A stretch of 64,000 nucleotides of DNA from Candidatus Binatia bacterium (lineage in GTDB: Bacteria; Desulfobacterota; Binatia; UBA9968; CAXXLF01): NCBI GenBank assembly GCA_963664015.2, contig CAXXLF010000001.1, positions 608,001 through 672,000 of the forward strand, read 5' to 3'. Shown here in pieces: positions 22,278-32,575 of the stretch; position 1 is the stretch's first letter, and the number at the start of each line of letters is the position of its first letter. The notes beneath the pieces are model-generated. The model did not search any database, was not told the origin of the DNA, and was given only the letters and a program-made list of their open reading frames with translations. The position numbers and the translations under genes were made by a program.

Positions 22278-22436
22278 GTAAGGCACGGCTACCTCTAAGT
22301 ACCAAGCCATTCCAGGAGATATTCAGTGCCCGATGTCTTATCTGGCTGCTTGGCCTGTTCAAGCTGATTGAGGCGTTCCATCGAATACACTTGCTACCGA
22401 TCTTGCTGCACATCTACTAATTAAACGACCGTAACC

Positions 22437-23177
22437 ATGGACGAGGGGCCGAAATCGAAGGATACCATCCGTAAGGAGGTTTGGCGGAACTTGAAGGAAA
22501 GCAAGGTGACCCGCTTCCCCGGCGTTAAAGGCAGAATTCCTAACTTTATCGGCGCCGAGAGCGCAGCACGCCGGCTCTGTGAGTCTCGTCTGTGGAAAAA
22601 GGCTAAGATCATCAAGATCAACCCAGACTCGCCCCAACGTGCCATCCGTCAGAAAGCCCTCGAGGAGGGAAAAACCCTTTATATGGCAGTGCCCCGATTG
22701 AGAGAGGAAAAGCCTTTCATTGAAGTGGATCCCAAAAAAGTAAAGGGATCCCCTCTTCAAGCCTCGTCCATCAAGGGGGCGGACCGCTACGGCCGCCTGG
22801 TTTCACTTCAAGAAGTCAAAAAGATCGATCTGATTGTCTGCGGTTCCGTCGCCGTCAACAAGGAAGGTGCACGAATAGGCAAAGGTGGAGGCTACTCGGA
22901 CATCGAGTACGCCATACTCCGGGAAGAGGGTAAAGTCGACGTTAAGACACCGATCATCACCACGGTTCACCGATTGCAAATCCTTAGCGAGCCGATACCT
23001 ATGACTGAGCACGACATCCCCTTGAACGCGGTGGCTACGGATACCGAATTTATTATCGTCAAGAACCGCCACCGAAAACCGACGGGAATTTATTGGCAGA
23101 GCCTGGAACCGGAAAAGATCGAGGCCATCCCCATTTTACAGTCACGGATGGGTTTCGGGAGCAAGACCGGTCAGTGA
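22437..23177 (+). CDS. 5-formyltetrahydrofolate cyclo-ligase family (MTHFSD/archaeal-like subfamily)
   Basis: GRIPNFIGAE, NPDSPQ, GSVAV...GARIGKGGGYSD.E. Confidence 0.8.
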   Translation: MDEGPKSKDTIRKEVWRNLKESKVTRFPGVKGRIPNFIGAESAARRLCESRLWKKAKIIKINPDSPQRAIRQKALEEGKTLYMAVPRLREEKPFIEVDPKKVKGSPLQASSIKGADRYGRLVSLQEVKKIDLIVCGSVAVNKEGARIGKGGGYSDIEYAILREEGKVDVKTPIITTVHRLQILSEPIPMTEHDIPLNAVATDTEFIIVKNRHRKPTGIYWQSLEPEKIEAIPILQSRMGFGSKTGQ

Positions 23178-23611
23178 AAGGAGCTCCCGTTCTTCCCTTT
23201 CTCATCGAGGAAGGGTTGCCGCCCCGTATAGCCATCCTGAATGCCATGCCAGTGGCTGATACTTTCCTCATCATAGCGCCAACACAAAAACACCGCTTCG
23301 CCTCCCATCATACAGGGAAAGTCCACCAGCCCCTCTTCGACCCCCTTGCAAACGCAGCCTATTCCGTTGATCTCTTCTACCAGCGATTCCAACTGTGCCA
23401 TGGCATCACGGACGGTCTCGTCTTTCTGGAGACGATTCAACAAGTCTGGGCTTTCGGGTTCAATACCCTCCTTACGAATGACCGTCTCGCTTTTGCTTCT
23501 CAATAGATCAAGACACTCAAAGATTCGCTTCATCAGGGGCCGCAAGGTTGGTAGCAGCCCCCTAGCCTCGGCAATCGTGAAAAGACGGGGAAAGGCCTGG
23601 TAACGACTCAT
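23171..23611 (-). CDS. DUF2203 family protein
   Basis: FTIAEARGLLP...KGVEEGLVDFP...FLCWRYDE..I.HWH...GYTGRQP. Confidence 0.8.
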   Translation of the reverse strand: MSRYQAFPRLFTIAEARGLLPTLRPLMKRIFECLDLLRSKSETVIRKEGIEPESPDLLNRLQKDETVRDAMAQLESLVEEINGIGCVCKGVEEGLVDFPCMMGGEAVFLCWRYDEESISHWHGIQDGYTGRQPFLDEKGKNGSSFH

Positions 23612-23635
23612 GATACAGGTACGCTCGCTGCCAGG

Positions 23636-24928
23636 TTAGAGACCCAGCCCCTTTTCTAATTCCTTGAGCAGGGAGATGTTGTCCGAATGACCAGTCATAC
23701 AGGCCGTGACCATACCCCGGATGGGTTTACCTAACAAATAAAAGTCCCCCACAATGTCGAGGATTTTATGACGGGCGAGTTCATTGGGATAACGCAGGTC
23801 TGTGTTGATGATCTTATCATCGTCAATCAAAATACAATTGGTGAGACGACCTCCATTGGCCAGGCCCATCTTCTCCAGCTGCTCGATATCTTTGACAAAA
23901 CCAAAGGTACGCGCCGCAGCAATCTCCTCGCGAAAGGACTCGGCGCCCGTATGAATGTATGTATGCTCCTGCATTCCTACCGGTGCCGGGTAATTGAGAA
24001 TATAGCGCACTCCAAAGGTATCCGCCGGCTCGATCGTAATCCACTCGCCCCCCTTGGCTTCTGCACGGTAAGTCTTGTCGACTACGATCTCCGACCAGGC
24101 CGCGTCCTGCTCCTCAATCCCCGCCTCTTCGATCAACCGGCAAAATTCCAACGCCGAGCCGTCCATGATTGGAATCTCGTCGTGCATTTTGACCAACAGG
24201 TTACTGATTCCGTAGGAATGCAAGGTGGCAAGAAAGTGTTCCACCGTTTTCACTATGATACCCTTGGATTGAAGCGATGTCGCGTATCCGGTGGAATGCA
24301 CGTAATGCAGGAGTGCTGGGACGGTGGCATCGGCTGAAATGCCGGTAAAGAGTATGCCACTGTTGGGCGGCAGCGGATGAAGGATCAGCCCCGTCTTCAC
24401 ACCCGAGTGAAGCCCCTGCCCGGCACCGACAACACCCTTTTTAAGCGTCTTCTGCTTTAACGTCTTCTTTGGAATTCTCTTGGACTTCGATGCCCGGGCA
24501 CGGGGTTGCCCCTTGGCTCGCGGGGCGATCTTCTTTTTGGCCGGGCTCTTCGGTGCGGGATAGTCCTCCAGCGCCCGATGCACCGTTTCCAACAAGCTGT
24601 CCAGGGAGAGGGGCTTTTCCAGGAAATCAAAGGCTCCCAGCTTCGCAGCCGCGACAGCCGTATGGATATTTCCATGACCGGAAATCATAATCACCCGCGT
24701 TTCCGGCTGCCGGTCCTTGATGTGCTTCAAGAGATCGATCCCGTCCATGTCCGGCATCCAGATGTCCAGCAGGACGAGATCGGGCCGCACTTTCCCGATA
24801 AGGTCCAACGCTCGAGCCCCCTGCTGAGCCTCCGCAACTTTGTATCCCTCATCGGTCAGGATTTCCCGTACGGTCTCGCGAATTCCACCCTCATCATCAA
24901 CCACTAAAATGGTTTTTTCTTTTTTCAT
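23636..24928 (-). CDS. lpxC: Fusion of NtrX-type receiver domain and UDP-3-O-acyl-GlcNAc deacetylase LpxC
   Basis: REC: VVDDE, LLDIWMP, ISGHG, EKP; LpxC: QKTL...GQGLHSG, TVEH, EIPIMDGSA, ARTFGF, RHKILD, GH. Confidence 0.92.
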   Translation of the reverse strand: MKKEKTILVVDDEGGIRETVREILTDEGYKVAEAQQGARALDLIGKVRPDLVLLDIWMPDMDGIDLLKHIKDRQPETRVIMISGHGNIHTAVAAAKLGAFDFLEKPLSLDSLLETVHRALEDYPAPKSPAKKKIAPRAKGQPRARASKSKRIPKKTLKQKTLKKGVVGAGQGLHSGVKTGLILHPLPPNSGILFTGISADATVPALLHYVHSTGYATSLQSKGIIVKTVEHFLATLHSYGISNLLVKMHDEIPIMDGSALEFCRLIEEAGIEEQDAAWSEIVVDKTYRAEAKGGEWITIEPADTFGVRYILNYPAPVGMQEHTYIHTGAESFREEIAAARTFGFVKDIEQLEKMGLANGGRLTNCILIDDDKIINTDLRYPNELARHKILDIVGDFYLLGKPIRGMVTACMTGHSDNISLLKELEKGLGL

Positions 24929-24983
24929 CAGTCCAAGCTTTCCGTCGCTGTGATATCAGCTATCCAGATATCTTTGGCCAAAC

Positions 24984-27230
24984 TTAGATGGCCGCACCAT
25001 GCTCCCTTTTCCTCAACTCGGCAGTTCGGGCATGATGGGAAACCGGTAATTCAATCACGAAGCGTGTCCCCTGGGGCTCGTTGGGACGAACCCGGATATA
25101 GCCCCTGTGATCCGCGATGATGGTACTCACAATGGCCAGCCCCAAACCCGTACCGTCTTGCTTGGTGGAAAAATAAGGCTCAAAGATATTTTCTCTGACC
25201 TCCGGAGAGAGGCCGCTGCCATTGTCCGCCACTTCCAGGTGAACGATTCCCAAAGAAGGGTCGTAGTTGGTGGAGATCTCAACCTGGCCGTTTTTACCGA
25301 CCACCGCTACCGCATTATCGAGAAGGTTGATCATTACCCGTTTGATCTGCTCCTGGTCCAGTTCAAGCATGGGGAGCTCCCCCCTCCTATCAAATCGGAA
25401 TTGGATTCCCTTATGGCCCTCATTGAAAAGGAAAAGGGCCTCCTGGACCAGCTCGTTGAGATCATTGGGCGCAAGCTTGGCGGCGGGAAGGCGGGCAAAA
25501 TTGGAGAACTCGTTCACCAGGATTTTGAGGCCCTCGACCTGTTTGATAATCGTCGAAGTACATTTGTCCAGAACATCCCCATCGGTTTTGAGTAAAGACT
25601 CATAACGCTTTCTCAACCGCTGGGCGGAAAGCTGAATAGGGGTGAGCGGGTTTTTGATTTCGTGTGCGATGCGACGGGCCACTTCTCGCCACGCCTCCAT
25701 CCTTTGAACCTTTTGAATCTCCGTAATGTCTTCGAGAAACATCATAGCGCCGAGGGTATTTCCCTCATCGTCTCTCAGAGTAGCGGCAGAAACGACCAGG
25801 GTCAAAACCCGATCACGCCGCGACAGCTTGATCTCCCGTTCGATACCGAAGCTTCCCTGAACCTGATCGACAATCTCCCGGAGAACACCCAATGGCTCCG
25901 ACTGGAAGGACTCGGTATAATGCTTTCCCAGTACCTGCCCCGCGTCGAGCCCCAGGAGCTGCTCACCCGCCCGATTGATGGTCGTCACCCTCCCCTGTGG
26001 GTCAATGGAAACTACCCCCGCCGTCACGTTCGCCAGTAGGGTTTCCATGTATCGCCGTCGCTGCTCCAATTCCGTGTTGATCTGTTTGAGATCACGGGTC
26101 ATCTGATTGAAAGAGTCGACCAGCATTCCGATCTCGTCGTCTCCACTGGCACCGATCTGATAATCCCAATTACCGTGGGCGACTTCGTGAGTTCCTTCTG
26201 CGAGTTTTTGAATTGGAACCGTGATGCCTTTGGCCAGGTAAAGACCAAACCAGGTCGCGGAAAAGATAATCACCAAGGTGAAGAGCATCAAGGTCAACAT
26301 GTAGGTATCCTTGATGTCCTCCTGGAAGATGGCCATATTCTTGTGCTCATCGTAAGAGCGCCGAATCTGGAGTGCCCTTTTGGTTACGCTCTTGGGAACA
26401 AAGTAATCCACAACGACCACTCCAAGGATCTTGCCATCGACGCTCTTGACCGGCACGCCGCCGCGAATGATGTCCCCTTCCCCAAAGGGTTGAGTGCGGG
26501 TCACTTCCAGTCCGCGTAACGCGCGATTGAGGAATTCGGACTCGGGTTTAATCGTGATTCCCGTTGGCACCTGGTCATTGAAAGAAGCCACGAGTGCTTT
26601 TCGCTCCGGTGAGAAGATCTCAACCGTGCCCAGATTATATTCGCGCTGCTTGGACTCGATGAAATCTTTGAGCTTCACTATTTGATCACGCTCAAAGAGC
26701 CCGGCCTCGGTGATTCGCCTGCTGAGCTGTCGGGCGTAAAAGAGCGCATTATTGGCTGCGTTCTGGTAGTAAGTCTCGCCAATCTCCACCGAGCCCCTGA
26801 GTGCGTTGCCTATTTGAGCGTCGAACCACTTATCGAACGACTTGGTGACGAACGCTCCGGCAATAAAATAGAGGAGCAACGTCGGGACCAGGGAAAGTCC
26901 GATAAAAACCACGACCAGGCGGACCCGCAGGCGCGATCCCAGGATCCCCCTTCTGCGCTCGAACAGGAGCTTGACCAGGTTACGGACGACCAGGAAGACT
27001 AGAAGAACAAGCAGGATGATGTTGATGTTGACGAGGAGGAAAAAAGCGATGTTGTTGCTGAGGGAATAATCCGTGGAGATTTCCGGGAGCAGGAGCTCGA
27101 AGAAGGCAAAGAGCAGTACCATCAGGGTGGCAATGAGCATAACCCACCCCTCGCGTTTTCTCCTTTTCACCTCCTCGTTTCGGAGGCTATCTTCTAATTC
27201 AACAGACCTGTTCGGTGAAACCATAAGCAA
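24984..27230 (-). CDS. NtrY-like membrane sensor histidine kinase (HAMP-PAS-HisKA-HATPase)
   Basis: AWREVARRIAHEIKNPLTPIQLSAQRL, NLLDNA, DNGSG, FEPYFSTK, GTGLGL. Confidence 0.9.
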   Translation of the reverse strand: MLMVSPNRSVELEDSLRNEEVKRRKREGWVMLIATLMVLLFAFFELLLPEISTDYSLSNNIAFFLLVNINIILLVLLVFLVVRNLVKLLFERRRGILGSRLRVRLVVVFIGLSLVPTLLLYFIAGAFVTKSFDKWFDAQIGNALRGSVEIGETYYQNAANNALFYARQLSRRITEAGLFERDQIVKLKDFIESKQREYNLGTVEIFSPERKALVASFNDQVPTGITIKPESEFLNRALRGLEVTRTQPFGEGDIIRGGVPVKSVDGKILGVVVVDYFVPKSVTKRALQIRRSYDEHKNMAIFQEDIKDTYMLTLMLFTLVIIFSATWFGLYLAKGITVPIQKLAEGTHEVAHGNWDYQIGASGDDEIGMLVDSFNQMTRDLKQINTELEQRRRYMETLLANVTAGVVSIDPQGRVTTINRAGEQLLGLDAGQVLGKHYTESFQSEPLGVLREIVDQVQGSFGIEREIKLSRRDRVLTLVVSAATLRDDEGNTLGAMMFLEDITEIQKVQRMEAWREVARRIAHEIKNPLTPIQLSAQRLRKRYESLLKTDGDVLDKCTSTIIKQVEGLKILVNEFSNFARLPAAKLAPNDLNELVQEALFLFNEGHKGIQFRFDRRGELPMLELDQEQIKRVMINLLDNAVAVVGKNGQVEISTNYDPSLGIVHLEVADNGSGLSPEVRENIFEPYFSTKQDGTGLGLAIVSTIIADHRGYIRVRPNEPQGTRFVIELPVSHHARTAELRKREHGAAI

Positions 27231-27265
27231 TCACACGCCAAATAACCGCGCCAGAACCTCATCCT

Positions 27266-27568
27266 CTATCGTCTGAACGAGGACAGGACATGCATTCATA
27301 GGGTGCTGATAAGCAGGCTTGTAGCCGGTAGAAAATGAAGCCTCCACGGGCTTACGCCGGTAGAATCCTTCCATTCTCCGGCGGAATCCACGGACGCACC
27401 CTCCTTTCCTACTCCGCCGAAGCAGCCGATTCGGCTGCGGAGGCGAATGACCCGAAAAGTTACCCCTTTCAATGGCCATTCCCCCGGTAGATACCCCAAC
27501 GTAAATACCACGCCCATCACGACCAATACAACGCCGATAGCGATAATGATCCGGCCGAGGAGGCTCAT
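27266..27568 (-). pseudogene. DUF2905 family protein interrupted by insertion and stop
   Basis: N-part GRIIIAIGVVLVV...GYLPG/AIERGNF; C-part HFLPATSLLISTL*...FRR. Confidence 0.55.
27336..27455. mobile_element. Short hairpin-rich insertion (IS200/IS605-derived MITE/REP-like)
   Basis: CCACGGGCTTACGCCGGTAG-type hairpin and CTCCGCCGAAGCAGCCGATTCGGCTGCGGAG palindrome splitting a gene. Confidence 0.45.
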
Positions 27569-27587
27569 TCCTTGTATAACCTTTGAA

Positions 27588-28631
27588 TTACAAAAGGTTC
27601 TGTTGCTTACCGGACTCGCCCCTTTGGTTCGCATCTTTACGGCGACCGAAATGCTTGTAGGCCAGCGCGGTTGCGACCCGTCCCCGGGGGGTACGATTCA
27701 GGTAACCGATCTGGATCAGGTAGGGCTCATAGGCGTCCTCGATGGTGTCCTTCTCTTCCCCGATAGCGGCTGCCAGAGTTTCTAAACCGACAGGCCCTCC
27801 GTCGAATTTGTCAATCAGAGTGAGCAGGATCATGGTGTCCATTTTATCCAAGCCACCGCGGTCGATCTCTAACATTGCAAGAGCGCGCTCGGTTACCTCT
27901 TGTGTAATGGTGCCATCCCCCTTGACCTGGGCGTAATCGCGAACCCTGCGCAGCAAACGATTAGCTATTCTCGGTGTGCCCCGGGAACGTCGTGCAATCT
28001 CGGCGAACCCATCAGGATTCCCCTTCGTCCCCAAGATAGCAGCCGAGCGCTGCAGGATTTGCACCAATGTCTCCGGCGCATAAAAATCGAGTCGAAAGAC
28101 AGCACCGAATCGATTGCGCAAAGCCGGAGTAAGAAGACCGGACCGGGTGGTTGCCCCTATTAATGTAAACCGCTTGAGTTCCAGCTTAATGGATCGAGCG
28201 GACGGCCCCTGGCCAATCATAATATCGACCTGATAGTCCTCCATGGCCGGATAGAGGACCTCTTCGACAATGTGGTTTAATCGATGAATTTCATCGATAA
28301 ACAGAATATCGCCTTCCTGCAGGTTGGTTAGTAGCGCAGCAAGATCTCCCGGCCGCTCCACTACCGGGCCCGAGGTCGCCTTGATGTTCACACCCATTTC
28401 TTTCGAAATAATGTAGGCCAAGGAGGTCTTACCCAGACCCGGCGGCCCATGAAAGAGGAAATGGTCTAAAACGTCCTTGCGCCCCCGGGCCGCGGCAATG
28501 GCCACCTTGAGGTTCTCCTTGACCTTTTCCTGCCCCACATATTCTTCGAAGCCACGAGGTCGGAGACCGGTCTCGAAGCTTATGTCCTCTTCCGTCGGAC
28601 GGGTAGAGATTTCGTTGGGACTCATAGTCAT
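27588..28631 (-). CDS. ruvB: Holliday junction helicase RuvB
   Basis: [42 protein letters not shown]. Confidence 0.97.
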   Translation of the reverse strand: MTMSPNEISTRPTEEDISFETGLRPRGFEEYVGQEKVKENLKVAIAAARGRKDVLDHFLFHGPPGLGKTSLAYIISKEMGVNIKATSGPVVERPGDLAALLTNLQEGDILFIDEIHRLNHIVEEVLYPAMEDYQVDIMIGQGPSARSIKLELKRFTLIGATTRSGLLTPALRNRFGAVFRLDFYAPETLVQILQRSAAILGTKGNPDGFAEIARRSRGTPRIANRLLRRVRDYAQVKGDGTITQEVTERALAMLEIDRGGLDKMDTMILLTLIDKFDGGPVGLETLAAAIGEEKDTIEDAYEPYLIQIGYLNRTPRGRVATALAYKHFGRRKDANQRGESGKQQNLL

Positions 28632-28728
28632 CAATGATACCCCCAAACCCCGCTAGGCCCCCGCCAATCCCAGCGTACCAGCCGTATCTTGCGTACCCAG
28701 TTGATCATGTTTATCATGGGTCTCTTCA

Positions 28729-29319
28729 CTACTGACTCAGTCGGCGCAAGGTCTCTTTCAACACCTCTTCCAGATTACCATTGCCGTTCCGTACCACTTC
28801 CCGCACGACCTTATCCGACTCCATACGCCGGTAACCCAGGTTAACCAGAGCGGACACGGCATCCCGCATCAGCTGGGAACTACCATTGGCAGTGTCCATG
28901 GGCTCCGCCTCAGGCATCGCGGCCAGCTTATCTTTCAGTTCTACAATCATCCTCTCGGCAAGGCGCTTCCCCACACCAGGGACGGATACCAAACGGACCT
29001 GGTCGCCATCTATCAAGGCCCGGACCAGTTCCTGGGACGGGATCCCCGAAAGAATACCAAGTGCTAGTTTTGGTCCAATTCCATTCACCCCATTCATCAT
29101 TAAGAAGGCGCGCTTTTCTTCGTGGTCCAGGAAGCCAAAGAGCTGTAGGGCATCCTCACGCAGGTGTGTGTGGACGAATAGACTGACCGGTGCACCGACC
29201 TCTGGAAGCCGGTAAAAGACGCTCAATGAGGTAAACAGATGATAGCCTACTCCGCCAACATCTACGATCGCTTCTCCAGGCGTTTTTTCGGCAAGTGTGC
29301 CGCTTAGTTTCGCTATCAT
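28729..29319 (-). CDS. ruvA: RuvA
   Basis: DVGGVGY, HLRED, VNGIGPKLA, VPGVGKRLAERMIVELK, ALVNLGY. Confidence 0.95.
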   Translation of the reverse strand: MIAKLSGTLAEKTPGEAIVDVGGVGYHLFTSLSVFYRLPEVGAPVSLFVHTHLREDALQLFGFLDHEEKRAFLMMNGVNGIGPKLALGILSGIPSQELVRALIDGDQVRLVSVPGVGKRLAERMIVELKDKLAAMPEAEPMDTANGSSQLMRDAVSALVNLGYRRMESDKVVREVVRNGNGNLEEVLKETLRRLSQ

Positions 29320-29422
29320 CGGGTTATTCGGTACCGTTTGTCATCTATGGATGTCGGTCGCTCACTCAAACCTGAACCGGCGCAATTGGATGAGCGCCGG
29401 GAACATGCACATGTCGAAAGCC

Positions 29423-29980
29423 TTACCAGTGCCTCCGTCTAGACCGCGTTAGTGAATCCGCAGCCTTTACCTGTGAATGAAAACTATCCTGATGGAGATG
29501 GCAGATGGCCGCTGCAAGGGCGTCGGCAGCGTCGGGAGCGAGGGGGCTGGAGAGATTGAGCAACGATGCAACCATCTTTTGGACCTGCAGCTTGCTGGCG
29601 TGGCCATAACCCACGACGGCTTGTTTGATGGTGACCGAATTGTACTCTTGAACCTCCATTTGGCTTTCGGTAGCGGCCAGTAAGGCCACACCGCGGGCCT
29701 GCCCCAGTTTCAACGCGCTTTGTGCGTTTCGTGCAAAGAAAACCTTTTCCACACTGATAATCCCTGGCTGATAGCGGGAGAGAACCTCGTTGAGCCCGTG
29801 ATAGATTCGGCTCAGCCGCAGCCCCTGCGTCAGACCAGGCTGCATCGTAATAGTACCATGGGCCAGATGAAATAGAGAGGTGCCATGGAGTTCTACAATT
29901 CCCCAGCCCGTATGAATGGTACCGGGGTCGACTCCCAGAACCCGTCCCCCATTATTATCTGTCACCGGCCCGGTTCCCAA
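29423..29980 (-). CDS. ruvC: Crossover junction endonuclease RuvC
   Basis: VLGVDPG, EKVFF, LGQARG, GYGHASK.QV, DAADALA. Confidence 0.95.
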   Translation of the reverse strand: MGTGPVTDNNGGRVLGVDPGTIHTGWGIVELHGTSLFHLAHGTITMQPGLTQGLRLSRIYHGLNEVLSRYQPGIISVEKVFFARNAQSALKLGQARGVALLAATESQMEVQEYNSVTIKQAVVGYGHASKLQVQKMVASLLNLSSPLAPDAADALAAAICHLHQDSFHSQVKAADSLTRSRRRHW

Positions 29981-30003
29981 ATCGCGAACTCCTCGAGCCG
30001 TTT

Positions 30004-30750
30004 TTAACCGGCATTTTCTAAAAATTCATCAGGGATGTCGAAGCTCGCAGATACGGTCTGGACATCCTCTTGCTCTTCGAGTTCCTCGGCAAGCTTCAGC
30101 GCATGCTCTGCGTATTTGGCTTCCAGGAGCACCGTATTCTTGGGTATCATGGAGGTTTGTGCCGTGACCATGGGAACCTTCTCTTTTTCGAGGTGTGCCC
30201 TGAGTCTCTCAAAGTCTTCCGGTGGAACCATAACTTCAAAGTGGCCGTCTTCCTCACGCACGTCCTCGGCCCCGCCCTCAAGAGCTATGCTCATCAACCG
30301 TTCCTCTTCGATCTCATTAGTATTGACGGTGATCAACCCCTTATTGTCGAACATCCATGCCACACATCCATTCTCACCCAGACTGCCGCCGTATCTTGTG
30401 AACAGGCGGCGGATCTCCGATACAGTACGGTTTTTGTTGTCGGTAACTACATGGACCATCATGGCAGCACCACCGGGGCCGTACCCCTCGTAGCTAACCT
30501 CTTCATAGGCCGCGGAATCCAATCCGCCGGTTCCTTTTTTGATGGCCCGGTCGATGTTTTCCGCAGGCATGCTGGCCGCCTTGCCCGTGAGGACCGCGGT
30601 ACGCAGACGCGGGTTGGCATTGATATCCCCCCCACCCAAACGGGCAGCCACCGTAATTTCCTTGATGAGCTTGGTAAAAAGCTTGCCTCTTTTGACGTCC
30701 TTGGCAGCCTTTTTATGTTTGATTGAGCTCCATTTCGAATGGCCCGACAT
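30004..30750 (-). CDS. yebC: YebC/PmpR family protein
   Basis: MSGHSKWSSIKHKK, YEGYGPGG, TDNKNRT. Confidence 0.95.
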   Translation of the reverse strand: MSGHSKWSSIKHKKAAKDVKRGKLFTKLIKEITVAARLGGGDINANPRLRTAVLTGKAASMPAENIDRAIKKGTGGLDSAAYEEVSYEGYGPGGAAMMVHVVTDNKNRTVSEIRRLFTRYGGSLGENGCVAWMFDNKGLITVNTNEIEEERLMSIALEGGAEDVREEDGHFEVMVPPEDFERLRAHLEKEKVPMVTAQTSMIPKNTVLLEAKYAEHALKLAEELEEQEDVQTVSASFDIPDEFLENAG

Positions 30751-30909
30751 AAGGTCAATCCCCTCTTAATGGACTTGCCCCGAATCAGGGGGCACGCGGT
30801 ATGATACTTATGTTTCCTTACTTAACACAATCCTGTACGTGGGTAAATGCCCCATTTCACAGGATTTGTCTTCCACCTGAGGAAGCAATCCGCTATAATC
30901 TTTTCTACC

Positions 30910-31656
30910 ATGTTCCTGCACCTTTCTTTCAAACTTCCCAAAAAACCTCAGCAACTCCTACAGATCATACTACTGTGGTCGGTGGCTAGTTGCGCGCTGC
31001 CACCCACAGACGTACGGGTTTCAGTTCCTGGGCCATCCCAACGTAGCGTGAGCCAATTCGGCATCGCTTCCTGGTACGGTCCCGGGTTTCACGGTCAGCC
31101 CACAGCAAGCGGTATGATCTATGATCAATTCGACCTCACTGCGGCCCACCGCACGCTCCCCTTGGGAAGCCGAGTCATGGTTACGAACCTTGAAAATGGA
31201 AAATCCATAGAGGTCTCTGTCAATGACCGCGGCCCCTTTGTCGAAGGGAGGATCATTGATCTCTCCTATGCTGCGGCCGACGCCCTGGCCATGGTTGGAC
31301 CCGGCACAACACCGGTACGGATTGAACTGATTCACAACGACCCTGCTATAATTACCAGGATTCGTTCCCATTTGGACTATACCCTACAGATCGGTTCTTT
31401 TATCGACCTGGGCAACGCCGTGGAACTCAGAACGACCCTGCTAGAGAATTACCCCTGGGCCACTCCCATATCGGTGGTGCGCTTTCAAGGGACCGGTTCC
31501 ACTTACTATCGCGTTCAACTCGGGATCTTCGAGGATCGGGGCGAAGCCGAAAGACACGTCCTTCAGCTTGCCAAAGACGGGTTCCCCGCCATCATTATGG
31601 AGAACTGGGAACAGCACAACGGGGAGGAGGACCTGACTCTTGGTCACCCCTTTTGA
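30910..31656 (+). CDS. rlpA: RlpA lytic transglycosylase lipoprotein with SPOR domain
   Basis: Lipobox VASC; GIASWYG, TAAHRTLP, NDRGPF..GRIIDLS; C-terminal SPOR. Confidence 0.88.
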   Translation: MFLHLSFKLPKKPQQLLQIILLWSVASCALPPTDVRVSVPGPSQRSVSQFGIASWYGPGFHGQPTASGMIYDQFDLTAAHRTLPLGSRVMVTNLENGKSIEVSVNDRGPFVEGRIIDLSYAAADALAMVGPGTTPVRIELIHNDPAIITRIRSHLDYTLQIGSFIDLGNAVELRTTLLENYPWATPISVVRFQGTGSTYYRVQLGIFEDRGEAERHVLQLAKDGFPAIIMENWEQHNGEEDLTLGHPF

Positions 31657-32456
31657 CTCAAAAAATACTCGGCACCTTCCCCAAATACCTTTCCCTCTCC
31701 TATCAACTTGATGAGATGGGCCTCCAAGGAGCGACCGGCTACGGGAACAAGCACCGGGATAAGATCCTGGTAAATGATCTCCACCATGGAATCAATGGTA
31801 TGACGCCCGTCTTTCAAACATCCTAGGACTTGTCGTTCGCGCATCAGACGATGCTGGATATACTCTCGTATCTTTCCGTAGGGATCGTCCATATGGGGTC
31901 CATGGCCGGGAAGTAACAATTGAATTTTTAGATCCAAGAGCTTTTCAAGGGACTGCATATAGTGAGCCATGTCGCCATCTGGAGGACCGATCACCGCCGT
32001 TCCCCGGCCAAGGATATGATCCCCCGTAAAAAGGACCTCCTGGCGAGTCTCATAGAAGCAACAGTGCCCTGACTCGTGCCCCGGTGTGTGGAGCACCGTG
32101 AGCTCGCCGCCGTCGTAGGGAATCCTGTCTCCCTCACCGTATTGAAAGTCCTCTCCGCCCAGGTAACCTGCACGGGTTCGGGATATTCCCAGTTTTGCAC
32201 CACACCTCTTTTTCAGGGCTAGGGCACCCCGACAATGATCCCCGTGGATATGAGTGATAAGTATCCGTTCCACCTTCTTCGCTCCCATTGCCTCCACCTG
32301 CTCAAGGATCCCGTCAATATTTCCCGATGAGGGCAATGCCACATCAATCACAGTAGTCGCGTCTCGGCCCAAAACGTATTGGTTCGTTCCGTTGAGCGTC
32401 ATGGGACCCGGATTAGCCGCAGTGAACCAGCGAATATTATCCAATTCTTGCATCAT
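31644..32456 (-). CDS. MBL-fold metallo-hydrolase (LACTB2-like)
   Basis: NPGPMTLNGTN, THIHGDH, TPGH, GDH, PGHG. Confidence 0.88.
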   Translation of the reverse strand: MMQELDNIRWFTAANPGPMTLNGTNQYVLGRDATTVIDVALPSSGNIDGILEQVEAMGAKKVERILITHIHGDHCRGALALKKRCGAKLGISRTRAGYLGGEDFQYGEGDRIPYDGGELTVLHTPGHESGHCCFYETRQEVLFTGDHILGRGTAVIGPPDGDMAHYMQSLEKLLDLKIQLLLPGHGPHMDDPYGKIREYIQHRLMRERQVLGCLKDGRHTIDSMVEIIYQDLIPVLVPVAGRSLEAHLIKLIGEGKVFGEGAEYFLSQKG

Positions 32457-32575
32457 GATGGCTCGATATCTCCTAGGCCGTCCATTTTCGTATTTCCATT
32501 GACATTCTAACAGAAAAATCGCTATTGCATAGGGGCCCAAGCCATTACCGTTGCTATCGGAAAGGACGTTACTTT

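Noticed and set aside
29320-29422. LexA box or hairpin between ruvC and ruvA
   Set aside because: No convincing match to SOS-box consensuses I know; the hairpin lacks a U-tract.
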